Positions 35,587-42,928 of a stretch of 64,000 bases of DNA are shown in pieces. Within the stretch, counting starts at the first letter, position 1. Each line of letters begins with the position of its first letter. The position numbers and the translations under genes were made by a program. Below the pieces are notes generated by a model. The model had not been told where the DNA came from, did no database searches, and saw nothing but the letters and a program-made list of their open reading frames with translations. Origin of the DNA: Gemmatimonadales bacterium (lineage in GTDB: Bacteria; Gemmatimonadota; Gemmatimonadetes; Gemmatimonadales; GWC2-71-9); assembly GCA_035577025.1 (NCBI GenBank), contig DATLVU010000058.1, positions 129,866-193,865 of the forward strand. The letters are read 5' to 3'.

Positions 35587-37745
35587 AGCGCAAGCCGAGG
35601 CGTAAGCCGCGCGCCAAGCACGCCGCATCGCGGCAAGGCGAGCCGCACGCCGACGCCCATATCGGCCCGCTCGTCGAGCGCTACTGCCGCCTCGCGCGGG
35701 TGAAGCGGGCAGTCTCGGGCGACCTCCATGAGTTGAGCCTGCCTCCGTCCGAACGACGCTTCTTCCGGGATCGCGACCGCTTGCGTGTAGCGTTCTCGCT
35801 CGACGCGCTCGAGCGCCATCCCGAGGCCGAGATCGCGTTGCTCGGCAGCCCCTTCCTCTCCCAGCTGCTCGAGGCGATCCGCGCGCGCGCCACCCGCCTC
35901 TCACTCGGTCTGATCGCGCCCACGTCGCTGCCGGCAAAGAATCGGACGCAGGTCGCGTTGAGCATACCCGTTCGGGACGGGAAGGCCTTGCCCGGGAAGG
36001 CGCGCTCGGCCGTCCACCCGGTGGGGCGACTCATCGCCCGGGTGGTGCTGCGGGCGGGAGCGACCCTCGAGGAGGCGATGGTGGAAAGCGACGTGTGCGA
36101 CCTCTCGAGCGGCGCGCCAGTCGCGCGCGATGTCGCCGAGCTGTTTCACGAGCTCGAAGCCCGCCGGATCGAGCCCGCTGACCCGTCCATTGTTGCGAAG
36201 ACCAAGGTTGTCGCGGCGCGCCGGCCCGAGGACCTCTTGAAGCTGCTCGTCGGCAACCTGCGGGAGAAGTCCGCCGAGCGGGTCGCGGCGCGCCGCGGCG
36301 CGGCGGAGCAGCAGCTCGCGGTCGCGCTCGCCCGCCTCGACCGCTACTTCGCGACGATCCTCGCGGACCAGACCGATGCGGCAGGGGAAGCCGCCGTGAG
36401 GGCGCTCGCGGAACGGCGCCGCACCGAGGAGGTGCGCCGCAACCAGGTGCGCGCAATGGTGCATCCGCTCCAGCTCGTCGAGGCCACCGTCTCGATACAG
36501 CGCGCCGAATGGGAGGTCGAGAGTGGCGGGCATCGCGCGACCTTCAGCGCGCAGCGCTCGGCCGCCGGCGCGGGCGACTGGATCTTCGCGTGTCCCCAGT
36601 GCGGCACCGCGCCCGAGACGCTCGTCGTCTGCAAGCACGACCACTGCGCCTGTACAGCGTGCTCGCACCGCTGCTCGGTATGCGCCGCCGACTTCTGCGT
36701 CGAGCACGGCATTGCCCAGTGCCGCGTGGACGGCGAACCCGCGTGTGCGGAGCACGTGCGGTCGTGCCCCTCGTGCCAACTCCAGTACTGCACGGCGCAC
36801 GAGGGGATCTGTAGCGAAGGTGATCACCCGACGTGCTCGCTGTGCGTCCAGCCGTGCGCGAGCTGCGGCCGCATCGTCTGCAACCGGCACGCCGAACAGA
36901 CCAGTGCCGAAGCGCCGAAAGGCAGCCGCCGGCTCTGCCCGGCGTGCGTGCGGCAGTGCGAGGGCGGGAAGAATGAACCGGTGGGCGTGGATGAAGTGAC
37001 CCAGTGCTCGAGCTGCGGCAAGTCGGTCTGTACCGCCCATCAGGCCGTGTGCGCGGTGGATGGGGAGGCCCATTGCTCGCGTCATCTGCGACGAGCCGAG
37101 GCGTCGCGGCGGTTGGTGTGCGGCCAACACGCGAGCGCTTGTGCCTACGAAGCGGCGATCTTGTTCGCGTCGGATGAGGTCGCGCCGTGCACGTCGTGCG
37201 GCAAGCACGTCTGCGCCAACCACTCCGCGGAATGCGTCACGGATGGGCAGCGACATTGCACCGTCCACCTTGCACAGCTGGCCGACGCCGACGGCGCCTA
37301 TGCCTGCGAGGAGCACCGCAAGCTCTGCCACGTCGATGATCAGGCGTTCACGCCCACCGGCGTGAGCGCGTGCCCAGTCTGCGGCCAGGACGCGTGCACC
37401 GCACATCGAGCGGCGTGTGGGTATTGCGGACGCATCGTGTGTACGGCGGATCTCGGGAAGGTGGAGGCGGGCCGCCCCCGCCCCCGCCGCTGCTCCACCT
37501 GCGCGCGGCTCGCGGTGGACGGCGATGCGCCCGCGGAGGTGATCTCGGCTGCGTTCAAGGCGGCGGGCGAGCAGCGAAAGGGATCTCGCCCGCCCCGATC
37601 GCGCATCGCCCGGGACCACAGCCATTCGGTAGTGGAGCTCGACCTCGGGCTGAGCAGAAAGACGGTCGTCGTGCTGCGGCACGAAGACCTGGTTGCAGAA
37701 AGCGTCCTCAGGCACTCGCTGCTGGGATCGAAGCGGCGGAGCTAA
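35583..37745 (+). CDS. Uncharacterised 720-aa protein: basic N-terminus, unassigned ~330-aa region, then ~300-aa Cys/His-rich multi-zinc-ribbon-like repeat region
   Basis: Its ATG overlaps the SNF2 TGA (GTATGA). GC3 is high. About 45 Cys fall between residues 337 and 640, with 6-7 copies of C-x2-C-x4-C-x2-H. The 604-aa antisense ORF is Arg/Ala/Gly-rich shadow. Confidence 0.8.
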   Translation: MKRKPRRKPRAKHAASRQGEPHADAHIGPLVERYCRLARVKRAVSGDLHELSLPPSERRFFRDRDRLRVAFSLDALERHPEAEIALLGSPFLSQLLEAIRARATRLSLGLIAPTSLPAKNRTQVALSIPVRDGKALPGKARSAVHPVGRLIARVVLRAGATLEEAMVESDVCDLSSGAPVARDVAELFHELEARRIEPADPSIVAKTKVVAARRPEDLLKLLVGNLREKSAERVAARRGAAEQQLAVALARLDRYFATILADQTDAAGEAAVRALAERRRTEEVRRNQVRAMVHPLQLVEATVSIQRAEWEVESGGHRATFSAQRSAAGAGDWIFACPQCGTAPETLVVCKHDHCACTACSHRCSVCAADFCVEHGIAQCRVDGEPACAEHVRSCPSCQLQYCTAHEGICSEGDHPTCSLCVQPCASCGRIVCNRHAEQTSAEAPKGSRRLCPACVRQCEGGKNEPVGVDEVTQCSSCGKSVCTAHQAVCAVDGEAHCSRHLRRAEASRRLVCGQHASACAYEAAILFASDEVAPCTSCGKHVCANHSAECVTDGQRHCTVHLAQLADADGAYACEEHRKLCHVDDQAFTPTGVSACPVCGQDACTAHRAACGYCGRIVCTADLGKVEAGRPRPRRCSTCARLAVDGDAPAEVISAAFKAAGEQRKGSRPPRSRIARDHSHSVVELDLGLSRKTVVVLRHEDLVAESVLRHSLLGSKRRS

Positions 37746-37808
37746 TGCCCCGGAGTGGCGTGAGTCCTGTCACCGTCATGCAGGGCAGCCTGGACGTAGA
37801 CATTGTGC

Positions 37809-38810
37809 ATGACGCACTGGTGTGGAGTCCTGGGAGCGGCGCTCTGGGTCGCAGCCTGCTCGGACTTGAACAGACCTTCGAGCGGGGGCGGAGGAGGCTT
37901 TCTGGCCGACCGCTACCCCTGTGATCGGGGGATCGGCAATGATCCGCAGGTGGTCTGGCACGAAGACTTCGAAGCGGGCTCGGTGCCGGCAGTAACTGCG
38001 CGCTACAACGAATCCCAGAACCCGGCCGGCATGGCGCTCGTCGCCGACAAGCCATCGGCGAGCTGTGGTGCCGCCTCAATGAGGCTCACGTCCGGTGGCC
38101 CAGTCAGCGCCACGGACCTATACAAGAAGCTTCTCAAGCCGGATGGATCCGGCTACGACGAGCTGTTCGTGCGCTGGTACGTCAAGTATCAGGCCGGGGC
38201 TCCGTGGCACCACAGCGGCGTCTGGTTCGGCGGCTACAACCCTCCCACTGACTGGCCCAACCCGCAGGCTGGGACCAGGCCTGTCGGAGACGACCGCGTC
38301 TCCTTCGGTATGGAGCCGGTGTGGGGTATCGGCTCACCCAATCCGCGCTTCGATTTCTACGACTATTGGATGACGATGCACACGTGCTCGAGCTGCGCCG
38401 GCGCCTACTGGGGCAACGCCCTCGTGAGCCGAATTTCGTTCACTGCGAATGACGACCAATGGGCTTGCGTCGAGGTCCACGCCAAGCTCAACACGGATTT
38501 AGCATCGGCGGCAGGGGCCGAGCTCGAGGTGTGGAAGAATGATGCGCTCGTCCAAAGCTTCCCCGAGACTGGAGGGGCGGGGGCGATCGGCGACTGGGTG
38601 CAAGACCACTACTGTCCGGCCGGCGCTGACGGGGCGCAGTGCAACTATTCGCCTACGGCTCCGGGCCCGCTGGGTCTCCAGTTCCGGAGCAGCGCGGCGC
38701 TGCAATTGAACCACCTCTGGCTGCAGAACTACATCACGGACACGAGCACCGGCAGCGTGTGGTTCGACGACGTGGTCGTGGCGACGACCCGGATCGGCTG
38801 TCTCCGCTAG
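37809..38810 (+). CDS. Secreted lipoprotein, concanavalin-like/polysaccharide-lyase-like fold suspected
   Basis: Lipobox GAALWVAAC. Blocks FVRWYVKYQAGAPWHHSGVWFGGY and LNHLWLQNYITD...VWFDDVVVA resemble lectin/lyase jelly-rolls. The family is uncertain. Confidence 0.7.
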   Translation: MTHWCGVLGAALWVAACSDLNRPSSGGGGGFLADRYPCDRGIGNDPQVVWHEDFEAGSVPAVTARYNESQNPAGMALVADKPSASCGAASMRLTSGGPVSATDLYKKLLKPDGSGYDELFVRWYVKYQAGAPWHHSGVWFGGYNPPTDWPNPQAGTRPVGDDRVSFGMEPVWGIGSPNPRFDFYDYWMTMHTCSSCAGAYWGNALVSRISFTANDDQWACVEVHAKLNTDLASAAGAELEVWKNDALVQSFPETGGAGAIGDWVQDHYCPAGADGAQCNYSPTAPGPLGLQFRSSAALQLNHLWLQNYITDTSTGSVWFDDVVVATTRIGCLR

Positions 38811-38861
38811 CACCAATCGTCTAGATTGCGCTGGCTCAGCTCACCATTCACGGAGGCCGTA

Positions 38862-40223
38862 ATGGCGCTCTCGTGTCGCTCTTATCGCCCCCTCTCGCTC
38901 GCGGCAGCCGTGCTCACGCTGGCAGGGTGCGGCGTCACGGCGCCCTCTCAACCGTTTCATCCCCCGGAGCCCGGCCCATCAGCGGCAGAGGCGCCCAGCG
39001 CCTTCGACAACAAGAGCAACGGCCTGGTCGATGACTCGACCCATGCAGCCGACAAGGAAACCTTCGACGAAGTCGAAGAGATCGGCGACGGGTTGGGTCC
39101 GCTGTACAACGCCCAATCCTGCCGCGACTGCCACCAGAACCCTACCTCCGGCGGCCCGAGCCAGATCTCGGAATTGCGCGTGGGCCACCTCGGTCCCGAT
39201 GGGGCGTTTCGGAATGCGGACATTCCGATTGCCCGCGGCCAGGTCGTGATCTCGGGACGCACGCTCGTCAACGACCGCGCCATCTGCCCCAATGCCGCGT
39301 TCCCCGATTCGGAGATTCAAGAGCGGGTGCCGGACACGGAGACGAACCGCACGACGCGACTCTCCCTCAATCTGCTGGGCGACGGCCTAGTGGAAGCGAT
39401 CGCCGACGAAACCCTGATCGGTCTCGCGCGTGAGCAACGTCGGGCCACGAGCGGCCGGATCCACGGACAGGCGCTGCGGGTCCCGATTGTGGAGGCTCCC
39501 GGCCACGCGGGCGTCGGGCGGTTCGGCTGGAAGGATCAGCACGCCAGCCTGCTGTCGTTCGCCGGCGACGCCTACCTGAACGAGATGGGGATCACGAGCC
39601 GCCTGTTCCCCGAGGAGGTCACGGATCTGTGTAACACGGTGGCCGAGCCAAACGACACGCCGGACTCGACGGGGCTCGAGGACATCGACCGCTTTGCCCG
39701 CTTCATGCGGGCCACCAAGGCGCCCGCCCGCGACCGGGAGCTGGCTGCGACCCCGAAGGCCAAGGAAGGGTCCGCGCTATTCGACAGCATTGGATGCGCG
39801 TTGTGCCACGTCCGCACGCTGACGACGGCCCCGGCCGGCACGGCGATCAACGGCGGCACGTTCACGATTCCGCCGGCACTCGGCGACAAGGTGTTCCATC
39901 CGTTCGGAGACTTCCTGTTGCACGACGTCGGCACGGGAGACGGGATCGCGATCGCGATGACGGAGCACTACGGCCGCAAAGTCTATCAAGCGCTCTGGAA
40001 GGAGTTCGTGGCGGACAGCTTCGCACAGGGTCGCAACAAGGTCCGTACCGCTCCCTTGTGGGGCGTGCGCCTGCGCCCGCGGTTGATGCATGATGCGGCG
40101 TCCCTGACGTTCCGCGACGCGATCTTGCGCCACCGCGGCGAGGCGAATGCGGTCACGCGTCGGTTCAGGCACTTGGCGCCGAGCGAGCAGGACGCGATCA
40201 TCGAGTTCCTGAAGTCCTTGTAA
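38862..40223 (+). CDS. DUF1111-family di-haem cytochrome c (thiol oxidoreductase/peroxidase-like) lipoprotein
   Basis: Lipobox LTLAGC. Two CxxCH motifs are present (CRDCH, CALCH). Blocks GRFGWKDQHASLLSFAGDAYLNEMGIT and PLWGVRLRPRLMHD are present. Confidence 0.85.
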   Translation: MALSCRSYRPLSLAAAVLTLAGCGVTAPSQPFHPPEPGPSAAEAPSAFDNKSNGLVDDSTHAADKETFDEVEEIGDGLGPLYNAQSCRDCHQNPTSGGPSQISELRVGHLGPDGAFRNADIPIARGQVVISGRTLVNDRAICPNAAFPDSEIQERVPDTETNRTTRLSLNLLGDGLVEAIADETLIGLAREQRRATSGRIHGQALRVPIVEAPGHAGVGRFGWKDQHASLLSFAGDAYLNEMGITSRLFPEEVTDLCNTVAEPNDTPDSTGLEDIDRFARFMRATKAPARDRELAATPKAKEGSALFDSIGCALCHVRTLTTAPAGTAINGGTFTIPPALGDKVFHPFGDFLLHDVGTGDGIAIAMTEHYGRKVYQALWKEFVADSFAQGRNKVRTAPLWGVRLRPRLMHDAASLTFRDAILRHRGEANAVTRRFRHLAPSEQDAIIEFLKSL

Positions 40224-40231
40224 GCCCGCGC

Positions 40232-41671
40232 TTAGTGTCGCGCCGAGTCCGGAGGCGGTAACGACACTTGCAACCTCACGAAATCCAGGAGTCGCTGCCG
40301 AGCGGCTTGGTCCAGTAGCTGTCCGTCGAGTACAACCGCATTGATCTTCGTCGTGTTGTGAATGTCCGCTAAGGGATCCGCGTCCAGGAGCACGAGGTCT
40401 GCCAGCTTCCCAGTCGCGATGGTGCCGAGCGAATCGGTAGCATTGAGGAAGATGGCCGGATTCCTGGTAGCAGCCTGCAGTGCCTCCATCGGCGTCAATC
40501 CCGCTTCCACCAGCAATGCCAGCTCGTCATGGAGACTGAAGCCGGGAAAGCAATACGGGTTCAGTACGTCGGTCCCGGCGAGTATTGGGACGCCGGCCCG
40601 GTGGAGCAGCCCTACCAGCTCGACTTGCTTCGCATAGATCCGCTTGCTCCGCGTAAAGTCCGCTGCCGTCATGGTCTTGAGCCGGAAGTCATTGTGAGGA
40701 TTCCAACCATCTCGCATTTCACGCGACATGTACTGAAGCCGGGAATCCGAGGTAAAGACGCTGTCATCTAAGGACGCGAACGCGTGGAGCACAGTCAGCG
40801 TCGGCACCTGCCAGGTACTGTCACGCACGAACTGGGCGGCAAGAGCCCGGCACTTGTCGGAACTGTATGAATCGAGCAGCTCTTGCTGCTGTCGGCGCCC
40901 CAGGGCCCGCAACGAGTCACGGGGCTTCTCAAACGCCGCGACGAGGGCCGCTCGGAGAGCATCCTCATGTGTCGAGCAGCTGAGCAGGATGTCGGTCAAA
41001 TGCTCGATGCTCCGCTGACCGGCCTTGGACGCCGCGAACGCTCCAGCGGCAACAGGCACATGCCCGGCGACGGGCATGTGGAGCCCCTTCGCTTCCGCCA
41101 TGATGGCCGTGTAGACTTCGCGAGGCAGCAGGTTGTACACCTTGATGAAGTCAGCACCCGCAGAGTGTAGAGAGTCGACGACGCGCCGGGCTTGTTGCGC
41201 GTTCGAAAGTCCGATGCTGCCCTCCCAGATCGGCGGCAAACCGTCGAGGATTTGTCCGGACGCGACGAAGCGCGGCTCGGTCAGGTGGTGCTCCGCAAGG
41301 CTAATGCGCGCACCCGCCACGACGTCGAGGCTGCCCCACATCTCTCGCACGCCCGTCACGCCGTTGACGAGAAACAGGGGTCCGAAGGTCGGAAGCGTAC
41401 TCGACCACGCCGCGTGTACGTGCATGTCCCACAAGCCGGGGATGAGAAACTTGCCGGTTCCGTCGAATGCAAGCCCGCCTTTCGGAATCCGGACGGCTCG
41501 ACTCGGTCCGAGCGTCGCGATGCGATTCCCGGTCACGACAACGGTCATGTCCGGCCGCGGCGGCGTGCCCGTCATATCGATGACGGTGACGTGGGTGAAA
41601 GCGAAGGTTTGGGCTCGTCCTACCAGGGGAAGAGCGAGCAACGTCATGAAGCAAAGGGCAGGAATGCGCAT
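40232..41671 (-). CDS. Amidohydrolase-superfamily protein, secreted
   Basis: The start at MRIPALCFMTLLALPLVGRAQT gives a signal peptide. Blocks GLWDMHVHA, AGHVP, IEHLTD, LAGTDV and ADLVLLDADPL are present. Confidence 0.85.
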   Translation of the reverse strand: MRIPALCFMTLLALPLVGRAQTFAFTHVTVIDMTGTPPRPDMTVVVTGNRIATLGPSRAVRIPKGGLAFDGTGKFLIPGLWDMHVHAAWSSTLPTFGPLFLVNGVTGVREMWGSLDVVAGARISLAEHHLTEPRFVASGQILDGLPPIWEGSIGLSNAQQARRVVDSLHSAGADFIKVYNLLPREVYTAIMAEAKGLHMPVAGHVPVAAGAFAASKAGQRSIEHLTDILLSCSTHEDALRAALVAAFEKPRDSLRALGRRQQQELLDSYSSDKCRALAAQFVRDSTWQVPTLTVLHAFASLDDSVFTSDSRLQYMSREMRDGWNPHNDFRLKTMTAADFTRSKRIYAKQVELVGLLHRAGVPILAGTDVLNPYCFPGFSLHDELALLVEAGLTPMEALQAATRNPAIFLNATDSLGTIATGKLADLVLLDADPLADIHNTTKINAVVLDGQLLDQAARQRLLDFVRLQVSLPPPDSARH

Positions 41672-41983
41672 GATGGGATCCAGAGGCGATTCCGTGAGCG
41701 TACGTCTCACCGACATGTTGCGCAACCACGGGGGTGATCGGCTCTTGGGAGATTGGGGCGTCGTTTGACGGTTACAAATCGAGGGGAGCCCCACGTGGCT
41801 CGTGGGCCCCACGCTCAAGCGGAACGACGGGCTGGGCACCTGGGGTAGTAACCCTTAATAGGCTCTAGCAGGACCCGGTAGGTAGTCCGGGGTGGGTATG
41901 TGTTCGCGAGCGGCCGCAGCCCCGGACGGGGGGTGTGCGGCCGCTCTCGTTTACGGTGCTCGAATGCCGGAGAGGAGGGTGTC

Positions 41984-42316
41984 ATGAGTCCAGCAGACAA
42001 AGCCTTGCTGACAACCGCATTTGAAGCGTTGGGACCCGAGCGGGTGACACGCGGCCTGAAAGCGAGGGGGCACAGTTGGAGCGACTGCTTCTTCGCTTTC
42101 GCGATATCGGGAGAGCCCGACAGCTTCGCGCGTGAGCTGCGGAAACGGTGGCGCAAGGAGCACGCGGTCAGCACGCTCCTTGGAGTACGTGTGCAGACGG
42201 TGACCCACGTCGTGAGTGCGTGGGACCACGACGAGGCGGCGTTTCGGGCGCTCGCCGCCGAATGGTTGGAGCTGAACCGCGTGACCCGACGCACCGAGTC
42301 GATCGTCGGCGCGTAA
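41984..42316 (+). CDS. Hypothetical protein (110 aa)
   Basis: GGAGAGGAGGG lies before the ATG and GC3 is high. I recognise no family. Confidence 0.6.
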   Translation: MSPADKALLTTAFEALGPERVTRGLKARGHSWSDCFFAFAISGEPDSFARELRKRWRKEHAVSTLLGVRVQTVTHVVSAWDHDEAAFRALAAEWLELNRVTRRTESIVGA

Positions 42317-42346
42317 GAAACGAAGTCGAAACAACTGGAGGCACAT

Positions 42347-42739
42347 ATGGAAGCCGGCATCACTTTGCAGTCACAGTCCTTTCGCCTCAGGGAGAGGATG
42401 CAAGAGGCGAGCATATCTCACGGCCAGGAAATCAGGGCCGATCTGCCGAACATCAGGGTGGTCGCGCTTGCGGGAGGCGGACAGGGTCAGGCCCTGTTCT
42501 GCACCATGGGCCCGATTCGTGTGAGAGAGACGCTGAATCGAGGCGACGGTGGCCCACTGCCGACCGACGTCACGTTAGAGGGCCTGCGAGTCGCCAGTCC
42601 GGGAACGTATGACATCCTCAATGCCTTGGTCAGCTCGAACGGTAACCTCCGTCTCGTAGTGGACGAGCAGGCGAGCGTGGTGGCCGGAGCCAAAGTGGTC
42701 GGCGCGACCGAAGGGTCGACTCCGGTCTCATGGCCATGA
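42347..42739 (+). CDS. Hypothetical protein (130 aa)
   Basis: TGGAGG lies before the ATG. It starts 30 nt after the preceding ORF and is followed by a strong terminator hairpin. I recognise no family. Confidence 0.6.
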   Translation: MEAGITLQSQSFRLRERMQEASISHGQEIRADLPNIRVVALAGGGQGQALFCTMGPIRVRETLNRGDGGPLPTDVTLEGLRVASPGTYDILNALVSSNGNLRLVVDEQASVVAGAKVVGATEGSTPVSWP

Positions 42740-42760
42740 CACCCGAGGGGTGCATAAAAG

Positions 42761-42797
42761 GAACCCGCGGCTCGAATCGGGCCGCGGGTTCTCTTAC
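42761..42797 (+). terminator. Rho-independent terminator candidate
   Basis: Perfect 11-bp stem GAACCCGCGGC / GCCGCGGGTTC with a 9-nt loop, then TCTTAC. Confidence 0.6.
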
Positions 42798-42928
42798 ATA
42801 CGCCACCGGCTGACATTCCGGCCTCTAGAAAGACGGATCACACAGGGCCGTCTGGCCCCACGTCCCCCCGGCCCGTATGATGGGGTCGTCCCCACATGAG
42901 TGGCCGTTCTTACGCCCGTCATCGCGGT

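Noticed and set aside
35901-37715. 604-aa minus-strand ORF antisense to the Cys-rich gene
   Set aside because: It is Arg/Ala/Gly/Pro-rich with no start context. The plus-strand ORF has translational coupling, strong GC3 bias and an ordered repeat architecture.
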